Positions 1 through 9,500 of a stretch of DNA of 64,000 bases are shown in pieces. Under the pieces are notes generated by a model that saw only the letters and a program-made list of their open reading frames with translations, did no database searches and was not told the DNA's origin. The stretch is from Torpedo marmorata (lineage: Eukaryota), in the NCBI GenBank assembly GCA_977017645.1, contig OZ360225.1:172608001-172672000 (forward strand), written 5' to 3'. Position 1 is the stretch's first letter. Every line of letters starts with the position of its first letter. The position numbers and the translations under genes were made by a program.

Positions 1-1003
1 AGAGGCTGGCTCCCTGGCTCAGAAGGGAAGGGGGGAGAAGAGGAGAGCTATGGTCATTGGGGACTCATTGGTTAGGAGAGCAGATAGGAGGTTCTGTGAA
101 CAAGATCGAGGCTCCCGGATGGTATGTTGCCTCCCAGGTGCCAGGGCCAAGGACGTCTCTGATCGAGTTCAAAGCATTCTAGAGGGGAAGGGCAAGCAGC
201 CGGATGTCATGGTCCACGTGGGAACCAATGACATAGATAGGAGTCGGGATGCGGTCCTGAAGAGGGAATATAGGGAGATAGGAAGGAAGTTAAAAAGCAG
301 GACCTCAAGAGTGGTAATCTCAGGATTGCTGCCTGTGCCAAGCGCCATAGAGAGTTGTGGCAGATAAATGCGTGGCTGAAGAGTTGGTGCCAGGGGCAAG
401 GGTTCAGATTTGTGGATCATTGGGATCTCTTCTGGGGAAGGTCTGACCTGTACAAAAAGGACGGGCTGCACCTGAACTGCAGGGGGACCAATAGCCTGGC
501 AGGCAGGTTTGCTAGAGCTGTTGGGGAGGGTTTAAACTAGTTTGGCAGGGGGGTCGGAATCAGAATGTGAGTGCAGAGATTTGGGTAGAAGGACAAAAGC
601 ATGATGCTTGGTGCTCTGAATTGGTGAGGAAGGACAGGCAGGGGACAAAACATAAAGGTAGCCAGTTAGAGGGTTTGTAATGTGTCTATTTCAATGCTCG
701 GAGTATTAGGAATAAAGGCGATGAACTTAGAGCATGGATCAATACATGGAAGTAAGATGTTGTGGCCTTTACTGAAATTTGGCTGGAGGAAGGGCAAGAT
801 TGGCTGATGCAGGTACTGGGGTTTAGGTGTTTTAAATAGAATAGGATGGGAGGTAGAAAAGGTGGGGGGGGGGAGTAACATTACTGGTCAGGGATAGTAT
901 CACGGCTATAGAAAGGGAGGACGCTGCAGAGGGAGTGTCCACTGAGTCGGTGTGGGTGGAAGTGAAAAATAGGAAGGGAGCTATCACTGTGCTGGGAGTC
1001 ATA
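1..1003 (+). mobile_element. CR1 LINE fragment: ORF1 SGNH/GDSL-esterase domain and start of ORF2 APE endonuclease (decayed)
   Basis: ORFs 50-367/355-540 carry VIGDSL, HVGTND and DGLHLN esterase blocks. CVYFNARSIRNKGDEL (endonuclease N-terminus) is at about 681. Same family as the minus-strand CR1 at 35420-36830. Confidence 0.9.
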
Positions 1004-1018
1004 TTGCAACAGCAATGT

Positions 1019-1655
1019 TGTAAATTAGCTTAGGCACTGATGAAGGTCGCCTTTTCAACCCCCTTCGTCCAAGTCCAGGGTGGTGCTCTTTTCTTCAGCA
1101 AACGTACCACAAGGATTGGAAGGCTCAGACACTTTAATTTCCTGGTACTCCTTTATTCACACACAAGCTGGTGGGAGATCCTTCATACCCCGTAGAGAAT
1201 CAAGAAACTCTCCGAGCATACAAATGCATGGGTTTAAATTCTCCAACGCTATCTGATAGTAGCCAATCTCAAAACAGACACCTCCTAGGCAGCAAGTATT
1301 ATTCCATTAGCATTAAGCTATGCAATGTCCATCTACATGATGCACCATATTGTGGACCAATGACGCAGATGTTTACCCCTCCTCTAAGGCATTTTTACAG
1401 TTTTGATTCCCCTAATTCCTGTAAATCACATGATTCTAGAGAGAAACAGGGCATTTGGAAAGTTACATTCCAGAGCCTCTCGCTGTCCTTGCCTGTTGTT
1501 GCCAGGCAACACACATCCTGTGCCCCCCTCAACGTCTGTTGTGTTCAGAATAGGTTTGATGCTTCAAAGAGAATCAAGTTTGGACACGTGTTATTAACAA
1601 ACAGTGATCTTTATTTATGCACAGGGGAATTCACAAAAGGGCACACAGCACCAAT
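1019..1655 (-). mobile_element. ERV-type LTR (partial), related to the LTR at 60635-61311
   Basis: About 1085-1540 aligns by eye to about 60716-61170 (shared gtttaaattctccaacgcta, ccaatctcaaaacag, gcaccatattgtggaccaat, cccctaattcctgtaaatcacatg, gttgccaggcaacacacatcctg). Ends are approximate. Confidence 0.7.
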
Positions 1656-1805
1656 AGCCTGAATACGACTGGGATTGTCTGATCTCGGAAGCTAAGCAGG
1701 CACAGGACTGGTCAGTACTTGGAGGGGAGACTGCCAAGGAACACCAGGTGCTGTAGGTTTCTGTGAGGGGCGCTGGACAAAGTAGTGACTCTCTGTCTGC
1801 CTTAC
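1656..1805 (+). mobile_element. 5S rRNA-derived SINE (SINE3), 5' part, split by the Gypsy insertion
   Basis: 1656-1760 matches 5S rRNA (TCTGATCTCGGAAGCTAAGCAGG...AGTACTTGGA.GGGAGAC...GGTGCTGTAGG) with the box A and box C regions. It continues at 6341. An uninterrupted copy lies at 7153-7379. Confidence 0.92.
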
Positions 1806-2049
1806 TGTGGTAAACCACTGTTTTGTGTATTGTGTGTACTGCTGTCTGTCCCAACGACTCCTCTCCCCTCCTTTGGGTCTCCAGGTAATCCCTCCCCTTT
1901 TCTCTCTTGAATAAAGGCTTGTGTGCTAGGGCTCCGCACTCAGTCCGGGAGATCTGTAGGTCCACTGCAGCTCTGTTCTATGTATATTAAAGCCTATGGT
2001 ACGTTAACCCTCTCATAGTCTCTTGAGTGCTTAATTGATAGGCATATCA
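1806..2049 (+). repeat. Gypsy 5' LTR
   Basis: tgtggtaaacc...ggcatatca; direct repeat of 6092-6335. Confidence 0.97.
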
Positions 2050-2050
2050 A

Positions 2051-2068
2051 TTTAATATACATACAACA
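2051..2068 (+). promoter_or_regulatory. Putative self-priming primer-binding site (complementary to LTR 1974-1991)
   Basis: No TGG tRNA-type PBS follows the LTR. tttaatatacata (2051-2063) is the exact reverse complement of tatgtatattaaa (1979-1991), extending to 17/18 bp. Confidence 0.7.
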
Positions 2069-2080
2069 AAAAAAAAAATT

Positions 2081-5000
2081 ATGGAAGGCGCCCTCCGACC
2101 GGACCGACTAGACATCGACCCTTTGGCTCCTGACGCTGGTCATGCATTCGAACACTGGCTACGCTGCCTCCGATCGTTCTCAAAGGAGGTCAAAGCCGAA
2201 AGCGACGAGCAGAAGCTAGAGGTCCTAGTATCTAGGGTAAGCCCTCGATTGTATTCGACCATCTGGAAATGCGGAACGTACAACGAGGCGATGGAGGTGC
2301 TGAGAAAGATCTATGTGACCCCTGTTAATGAGGTCTATGCAAGGTACAGACTATCGTTGCGGAAACAGCGGGCCGGGGAGTCAATGGTGGACTTTGTCAG
2401 AGACATCCAGTACCTAGTGCGAGCGTGCGCCTGTAAAGCGCTGACGGAAGAGCAACATGTTGATCTGCTGGAGAGGGACACCTTTATTATGGGGATGAGG
2501 TCAACATACGTACGCCAGCGGCTGCTGGAGCACTCTGATCTCGATCTTCGTTCTGCGGTGGCGATGGCTTGCACACTGGAGTCCGCGCTGCAGAACTCCG
2601 ACGCGATGCAGACGCGGGACCCCCAGCCTAATGCGTGGATCGCCCCGTTCCCCAGCCCCACCGATCCAACTGTGGCCGCTGTGGCCCGCGACCCGATTGC
2701 TGCCGCCGCTACCCGCGACCCGACCGCTACCAACGCTACTCTCACCGCCGCAGCTGTTAATCGCGAGCCCAAGAAGTGCTACTTCTGCGGGCTCGACAAG
2801 CATCCGAGGAAGCGCTGCCCGGCCCGCGACGCGACTTGTTCCAACTGCGGCAAGAAAGGCCACTACGCGAAGGCCTGCCGCTCCAAGCCGCGCGCGGGCC
2901 CGAGTAGTGCCGCGTGCGAGAGATGGGAGCGGCCATCTTGCAGACTGGCACTTCCGGCGCCGACCGCGTGTGAGGAGTGGAAGCGGCCATCTTTCATGCT
3001 GGCACTTCCGGCGCCGCCATCTCAGAGCCATACATCGTTACTTCCGGCACTTCCGGCGCCGCCATTTTGTGCAGAGACCTCCAGCGACACGTGCAACCCA
3101 CGGGAGCGGCCATTTTTAAAGACCTCGGATCAAGACGACTTCACCCCTACTTTGGCATCCATCACCCTCGACCAGAACGTTCCCCACCAGCTGACAAGAT
3201 CCATGATGGACATACTGGTCGAGGGACACAAGATAAATTGTTTATTTGACACTGGAAGCACTGAGAGCTTTATCCACCCGGATACTGTTCAACGCTGTGG
3301 CCTAACGATCGTACCGGTAAGCCAGAGGGTGGCCATGGCGTCCGGGTCCCACACAACCGACATCCGGGGGGCGTGTGTGGCGAACATTGTGGTACAAGGG
3401 GCAGAGTACAGACAATTTTCCTTCTTTGTGATGAACCGTTTGTGTGCGCCGGTATTACTGGGTTTGGATTTTCAGAGCCATTTGCAGAGCGTTACAATGC
3501 GGTATGACGGTCCTCTCCCCGCGATCACTGTAGCCAACCACCAGTTTCTGGACAGCACGCCCGAAACCACCTGTGGTCTTTCTACCCTTAAGATCTCGCC
3601 TCCGTCGTTGTTTGCGAACCTGACCCCGGACTGTAGGCCTGTGGCAACTAAAAGCAGGCGTTACAGTACCGAGGACAGAGCATTCATCAAGACGGAGGTA
3701 CAAAGATTGCAACAGGAAGGGATTATAGAGATGAGTAATAGTCCCTGGAGAGCCCAGGTGGTCATTGTAAAAGGGGCCAAGAGCAGAATGGTGGTGGACT
3801 ACAGCCAAACCATTAACAGGTTTACGCTTCTAGATGCATACCCGCTACCACGGATAGCGGAGATGGTGAACCAAATTGCCCAATACCGCCTCTTTTCCAC
3901 CATCGACTTGAAATCGGCATACCATCAGCTCCCTATCCGTCGGGAGGACCGCCCATACACCGCGTTCGAGGCAGATGGCAGGCTGTTCCAATTCTTGCGC
4001 CTTCCTTTTGGTGTTACTAATGGTGTTTCTGTTTTTCAGCGGGAGATGGACAGGATTGTGGACCATTACAAACTCAAAGCCACTTTCCCATACCTTGACG
4101 ACATTACCATCTGTGGTTATGATCGTCAGGACCATGACAACAACCTCCGGAAGTTCCTGCAGGCGGCAAAAGCTCTAAACCTCACGTATAACAAAGAAAA
4201 ATGCGTGTTTGGTACCACTCGCCTCGCTATTTTGGGGTATGTGGTCGAGAACGGGGTAATTGGACCAGACCCCGAACGCATGCGGCCCCTGCTGGAACTT
4301 CCGCTCCCCGCCAATCCCAGAGCCCTTAAACGATGCCTCGGGTTCTTTTCTTATTATGCCCAATGGGTCCCAAATTATGCGGATAAGGCCCGACCCCTTG
4401 TGAAATCCACTGCATTTCCCCTTGCTTCGGAGGCACGTAAGGCGTTCGACCTTATAAAAGGGGACATTGCGCGAGCAACAATGCACGCAGTGGATGAGGA
4501 GACACCCTTCCAGGTGGAGAGTGACGCATCGGACTTCGCGCTGGCTGCTACCCTCAACCAGGCGGGAAGGCCGGTGGCATTTTTCTCCCGAACCCTACAG
4601 GGCCCCGAAATTCGGCACTCAGCGGTGGAGAAGGAAGCCCAGGCCATAGTGGAGGCCATCAGGCACTGGAGGCACTATCTTGCCGGTAAGCGTTTTACCC
4701 TGCTGACAGATCAACGCTCTGTGGCATTCATGTTCAACAATCAGCAGCGGGGTAAGATCAAAAATGACAAGATCATGAGGTGGAGAATAGAGCTCTCCAC
4801 CTACAATTACGACATCATGTACCGGCCCGGGAAGCTCAATGAGCCCTCCGATGCTCTATCCCGGGGATCATGCGCCAGCGCGCAGGTCGACCGATTACAC
4901 GCCCTACATAACGACCTATGCCACCCAGGAATTACCAGGCTCTTTCACTTCGTGAAGTCACAGAACCTGCCATACTCCCTGGAAGAGGTCAGGACAATGA

Positions 5001-6016
5001 TCAGCAGTTGCCGGGTTTGCGCGGAGTGCAAACCCCAGTTTTACCGCCCCGACAAGGCACAGCTGATCAAAGCCACTCGCCCCTTTGAACGTCTCAGCAT
5101 TGACTTCAAGGGTCCCCTTCCCTCCACGAACCGCAATGTGTATTTTCTGAACATTATTGACGAGTACTCGCGGTTCCCCTTCGCCATTCCCTGCCCCGAC
5201 ACTTCGGCTGCCTCAACCATAAAAGCCCTTCGCCAGGTATTTACGCTGTTCGGCTTCCCGAACTACATTCATAGCGACCGGGGATCAGCTTTTATGAGTG
5301 AGGAGCTGCGCCAGTTCCTGCTGACCCGGGGCATCGCCACTAGTAGGACCACCGCATACAACCCCCGAGGTAATGGACAGGTGGAAAGGGAGAACGCCAC
5401 TGTCTGGAAGGCGGCGCTCCTGGCTCTCAAGTCCAGGGGACTGCCGGTTTCCCGCTGGCAAGATGTTCTCCCCGAAGCCCTCCATTCGATACGGTCCTTA
5501 CTGTGCACAGCCACAAATGTAACGCCTCATGAGAGATTTTTCTCCTTCTCCAGGAGGTCGAACACCGGGACCGCCCTGCCTGCCTGGCTGATGTCTCCGG
5601 GGCCGGTGCTGCTCCGCAACCACCTCCGGAGCAGCAAATATGAGCCCGCGGTCCAGAGGGTGCAGTTAGCGCACGCTAACCCGCAGTACGCCTACGTGGT
5701 CTTCCCGGATGGGAGAGAGGACACGGTCTCAATTCGGGACCTGGCGCCCGCGGGAGCGCCGGAGGAACCTCTCGATGGGCAAGACCACTCGCTGCGGCCC
5801 CTCCCTAGTCCCTCTTCTACAACGTCAGACCAGGCACCTGCGATGGAACCCACAATCCTGTCATCTCACCCAGCACCACAGGAGGAGGCGACGGCCTTGC
5901 CATCTTCCCCTGCACCACAACCCGCACCCAGGGTACCCCCTGCACCACAACCCGCACCCAGGGTACTGCGCAGGTCACAGAGGCGAGCCAAACCACCGGA
6001 TCGCCTTGACCTGTAA
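2081..6016 (+). CDS. gag-pol: Gag-Pol polyprotein (Gag with Zn knuckles, aspartic protease, RT, RNase H, integrase), 1311 aa
   Basis: CYFCGLDKH...CSNCGKKGHYAKAC; LFDTGS; RT LPFG...YLDD; RNase H ESDAS...TDQ; integrase H-x3-H/C-x2-C, IDFKGP, HSDRG, NGQVER. Order PR-RT-RH-IN; no chromodomain evident. Confidence 0.98.
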   Translation: MEGALRPDRLDIDPLAPDAGHAFEHWLRCLRSFSKEVKAESDEQKLEVLVSRVSPRLYSTIWKCGTYNEAMEVLRKIYVTPVNEVYARYRLSLRKQRAGESMVDFVRDIQYLVRACACKALTEEQHVDLLERDTFIMGMRSTYVRQRLLEHSDLDLRSAVAMACTLESALQNSDAMQTRDPQPNAWIAPFPSPTDPTVAAVARDPIAAAATRDPTATNATLTAAAVNREPKKCYFCGLDKHPRKRCPARDATCSNCGKKGHYAKACRSKPRAGPSSAACERWERPSCRLALPAPTACEEWKRPSFMLALPAPPSQSHTSLLPALPAPPFCAETSSDTCNPRERPFLKTSDQDDFTPTLASITLDQNVPHQLTRSMMDILVEGHKINCLFDTGSTESFIHPDTVQRCGLTIVPVSQRVAMASGSHTTDIRGACVANIVVQGAEYRQFSFFVMNRLCAPVLLGLDFQSHLQSVTMRYDGPLPAITVANHQFLDSTPETTCGLSTLKISPPSLFANLTPDCRPVATKSRRYSTEDRAFIKTEVQRLQQEGIIEMSNSPWRAQVVIVKGAKSRMVVDYSQTINRFTLLDAYPLPRIAEMVNQIAQYRLFSTIDLKSAYHQLPIRREDRPYTAFEADGRLFQFLRLPFGVTNGVSVFQREMDRIVDHYKLKATFPYLDDITICGYDRQDHDNNLRKFLQAAKALNLTYNKEKCVFGTTRLAILGYVVENGVIGPDPERMRPLLELPLPANPRALKRCLGFFSYYAQWVPNYADKARPLVKSTAFPLASEARKAFDLIKGDIARATMHAVDEETPFQVESDASDFALAATLNQAGRPVAFFSRTLQGPEIRHSAVEKEAQAIVEAIRHWRHYLAGKRFTLLTDQRSVAFMFNNQQRGKIKNDKIMRWRIELSTYNYDIMYRPGKLNEPSDALSRGSCASAQVDRLHALHNDLCHPGITRLFHFVKSQNLPYSLEEVRTMISSCRVCAECKPQFYRPDKAQLIKATRPFERLSIDFKGPLPSTNRNVYFLNIIDEYSRFPFAIPCPDTSAASTIKALRQVFTLFGFPNYIHSDRGSAFMSEELRQFLLTRGIATSRTTAYNPRGNGQVERENATVWKAALLALKSRGLPVSRWQDVLPEALHSIRSLLCTATNVTPHERFFSFSRRSNTGTALPAWLMSPGPVLLRNHLRSSKYEPAVQRVQLAHANPQYAYVVFPDGREDTVSIRDLAPAGAPEEPLDGQDHSLRPLPSPSSTTSDQAPAMEPTILSSHPAPQEEATALPSSPAPQPAPRVPPAPQPAPRVLRRSQRRAKPPDRLDL

Positions 6017-6091
6017 ATTATGACTGTAAATACTTTGAGATTGTATTGTGGCCACTCCACCCCGCTGGACTCTTTTAAAAGGAGGGGTGAA

Positions 6092-6335
6092 TGTGGTAAA
6101 CCACTGTTTTGTGTATTGTGTGTACTGCTGTCTGTCCCAACGACTCCTCTCCCCTCCTTTGGGTCTCCAGGTAATCCCTCCCCTTTTCTCTCTTGAATAA
6201 AGGCTTGTGTGCTAGGGCTCCGCACTCAGTCCGGGAGATCTGTAGGTCCACTGCAGCTCTGTTCTATGTATATTAAAGCCTATGGTACGTTAACCCTCTC
6301 ATAGTCTCTTGAGTGCTTAATTGATAGGCATATCA
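6092..6335 (+). repeat. Gypsy 3' LTR, preceded by PPT aaaaggaggggtgaa
   Basis: Direct repeat of 1806-2049. Confidence 0.97.
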
Positions 6336-6340
6336 CTTAC

Positions 6341-6422
6341 GGTAGACAAAAATTAAAGAATTTCATGTATGTTACATTCTAAATGTAGTATTACGTGACA
6401 ATAATGGAACCTTTACCTTTAC
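6341..6422 (+). mobile_element. SINE3 3' part with (CCTTTA)n tail
   Basis: Matches the reverse complement of 7153-7230 and ends gtgacaataatggaacctttacctttac. Confidence 0.9.
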
Positions 6423-7780
6423 TTCCCAGTTTTTTTCACGTGCCCTCCCACCCATATCCACCTATGACCTCTTGCCTGTGGGCCAGTGCTCCTCCCCCAG
6501 GATTTTACTAATTTTTATTCCAATATCTCCAATTTTCTTAACTTCTTTAATATGGGTGGATAAATCTGTGATGTTAGATGATTCGTCTGGGATATAAGTA
6601 CAGCATTCTCTCCCAATAAGAGCAAAAGTGCCCCCCTTTTCAGCTGATATGATGTCCAGGGCCATCCTGTTTTGAATTACAACATAACGTATTGCAGCCA
6701 TTTCAGTAGTTATGGCCATTACCTGACTCTGAGTTTTACTAAGGGATAAAACAGTTCTATTTGCCAGTTGTTCCAGAGATGCTGCGAGGTTAATGATTTC
6801 ACGTGAATTCCGGGCAGTTCCATAAAAGGGAAAAGCAATCATCCAGAACCTTTCACTTTCAGAAATTCCACGCTTATCCCTTCCCAGGTGTGGATTCTCT
6901 TGCAAGTGAGGCAAGATTCGTAAATGGGGGACTATATAGGCCAGATAGCAACACCCTGTCCACAGTTTATGGCTTGGCTGGGTGTGCCACCGCTGGTGTT
7001 GGCTCGATTGCCACATATCCAGTATGTCTTTACGTATGTGGTATTTGTAATGCAACTCTGCTTTCCTACAAAGAGAGTATCCTTTCCCTTCTGAAAGTTA
7101 CAGTAGCACACACACAGCATCAGTTACTGTGAAATCATAGCTGGAGAGTATGGGTAAAGGTTCCATTATTGTCACGTAATACTACATTTAGAATGTAACA
7201 TACATGAAATTCTTTAATTTTTGTCTACCGTAAGGCAGACAGAGAATCGCTACTTTGTCCAGCGCCCCTCACAGAAACCTACAGCACCTGGTGTTCCTAG
7301 GCGGTCTCCCCTCCAAGTACTGACCAGTCCTGTGCCTGCTTAGCTTCCGAGATCAGACAATCCCAGTCGTATTCAGGCTTTAAGGCCAGGAAAGCTTTTG
7401 TGCTTTAAACTTGTTATAGTATATATTGGGCCATAAATACCAGCCCTCAAAGCACTGGCAAAGACAATCATCTGGGGTTCTTTCAGTTTTTATCTCTGTT
7501 ACCTTGTGTCTCATTTGACATTGCCCATGCTGAGAGTCTTTCACTGTTGTTAAGGGCAACAACGGAAACTGGGATCAGACTGCTGCCATGTGGCGGGACT
7601 TCAGCTCACACCCAACACTGGTCACTACTCACTCTCCTAGCGTAATGGAGACATAAGGACAAAAATGTGTTTCTATCTTATTCAGGGAAGGGTTTAGGGG
7701 GGTAGAATCTGGTGGGATATGGGTACCTATCATGTCAATAATAGTAACAGTAAAACATAAGCTCAGTCTTCATCATGCTT
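6423..7780 (-). pseudogene. env: ERV-1 env remnant (TM ectodomain in ORF 6462-7055), interrupted by SINE3
   Basis: IQNRMALDIISAEKGGTFALIGRECCTYIPD = ISD plus a decayed CX6CC. The membrane anchor is missing. Confidence 0.9.
7153..7379 (-). mobile_element. 5S rRNA-derived SINE (SINE3), complete copy
   Basis: Its reverse complement equals 1656-1805 + 6341-6417 with 4 substitutions counted by eye. Confidence 0.93.
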
Positions 7781-7782
7781 TC

Positions 7783-9500
7783 TTAGTTAGAGTCTTTATA
7801 ACCTTTTCCAATTTGTTTACAGTCCGAGTAGTGTATCCACCGCGGATGTCCTTCAACCTTTACTGCCGTAGGTGTGGTCAGCAGCACTTGAACAGGGCCT
7901 TTCCAGCAGGGTCCTAATTTATTCCGATCCCCATTTTGAATCAGCATGTAGTCGCCGGGCTGGAGGAGGGGCACCTGTTTGCCGTCAATAGGTTCCTCGG
8001 GATACCTCTGAGTCTCTTTCACCTGTGAGTGTAGGACTGACAGTGCTTTGGTTAGTTGCTGTACATAGGTGGCCATTTTTTCACTTAGCGCATGTAAATC
8101 TAAAGTAACGTCAGTCTTAGGATTTGCTCCCCAAGGCGCTCGGAGTGGCCTCCCATACATAACCTCAGCTGGGGTTAACCCCGTACTGCAGGGCGGGGTT
8201 ATACATGTTTCAAATAAAGCCAACAGCAATAACTTTATCCAATTAAACCTAGTTTCTTCTGACAACTTAGCCAACTTATTCTTTAAGGTCCCAGGTAGAT
8301 CAATAATAACAAGACAAGCAATTCTATAAAATCAACCTATATACAATCAAATGGTAGACATTCATGTCCTTCCCTGAGGGCACTTAATTTCTTTACCAGG
8401 ATTATTTTGCTGACAGATGATACATTCCTGTGCCTTTCTTTGTGCCACTTTTCTCAATTTAGTGTGTCACTCCTACCATTCCCTTCTTAGCCAAATATAT
8501 TATTGCATGTATATAATTCAGCAGTACAGGTAAAAATTGCATTAGGTACAGAAATTGTCCAGCAGGGGTGGTTCATAAATCAGTTTCTGGATTTCTGGCG
8601 CACCCCCGCTGTTTCCAGAGTTTAATCAAATTAGCAGGGCAGGGGCATCCCCCTGAAGTTACACCACATCCCCATATCAGGCAAGACCGTTCTATTTTCA
8701 AGCAGTTTATCACTTTCTGAATAAACGGTGAAGGGACCATTTATAACAGCAGCTTTTGCAATGGCATCTGTGTAAGCATTCCCAAGGGCTACAGGGTTCT
8801 GATATGGGCATAAATTTTCCTTTCCCTATCATGTAGGCTCTAATAAGAGCAAACAATTCAAATTGCTGGGAAAGATTGGATGGTGGAAGGCAGCCGTCTT
8901 TATTACTTCATCAGTATTTTTCACAATGGCATAACCTGCACAGTGTAGACCTGTATCCTCAACAAAGGCTGATCAGTCAATAAACCAAGTCGTAGTTTCA
9001 TCAATGGGACTGTCTATTAAATCTTGTCGTGCCAGAAGTCAAAAGATAATTATGCTGCAAACAATCATAATCTGGTTCTTCAAGTTCACCTGGAGGCGGT
9101 ATTAAAAAGGCTGTCGAGTTAACAGTAATTCAGTCGTGGAAGGTCAGATATGAATTCACTAAGAGAAAAAGTTCATAGTGGCTTAAACATGCTTGAGTCA
9201 TGTGGTCTGTTTGATTAGACGTCAGGAGAGCTGTCACTGAATGCTGGATGTAAACTTGTACTGACTGATGTAAGGTGGTATGGAAAGTAGTTAAGTAGGT
9301 TTATCCTGACCATACTTCCTCTGATACTTCTCCAGTATTTTGCCATGGACTTCTTGAGGCGTCAATGCTCTCTGCGAGAAATCTTGTAAAGTTGTTCCTG
9401 TATCAATCAAAAATGGAAGAGAGACACTCTGCACCCTCATTGTAACGATAGGTTCCTCATTCCTTCTTCGTGTCACTAGGGGGGAGGCAGTGAGAACCAC
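7783..9500 (-). pseudogene. pol: ERV-1 pro-pol remnant with internal deletions (RT polymerase domain and IN core largely missing)
   Basis: LPFLIDTG at about 9400-9420; RNase H-like WFID (about 8985) and GNAYTDAIAK (about 8760-8785); IN C-terminus TGLTPAEVMYGRP...WKGPVQVLLTTPTAVKV..WIH in ORF 7783-8274. Confidence 0.88.

Larger units (their letters stand above)
1806..6335 (+). mobile_element. Intact Ty3/Gypsy LTR retrotransposon
   Basis: Two 244-bp LTRs (TG...CA) that read identical, 5-bp TSD CTTAC (1801-1805, 6336-6340), PPT at 6077-6091, and a single uninterrupted gag-pol ORF. Confidence 0.98.

Noticed and set aside
1656-1760. Functional 5S rRNA gene
   Set aside because: Lacks the first ~15 nt, has several substitutions and no T4 terminator, and is fused to a retroposon tail in both copies.
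2335-3249. Overlapping alternative-frame and antisense ORFs in gag
   Set aside because: Expected in GC-rich coding DNA; no recognisable domains.
5905-5970. 27-bp duplication (PAPQPAPRV x2) at the integrase tail
   Set aside because: Ordinary low-complexity linker slippage; no chromodomain.
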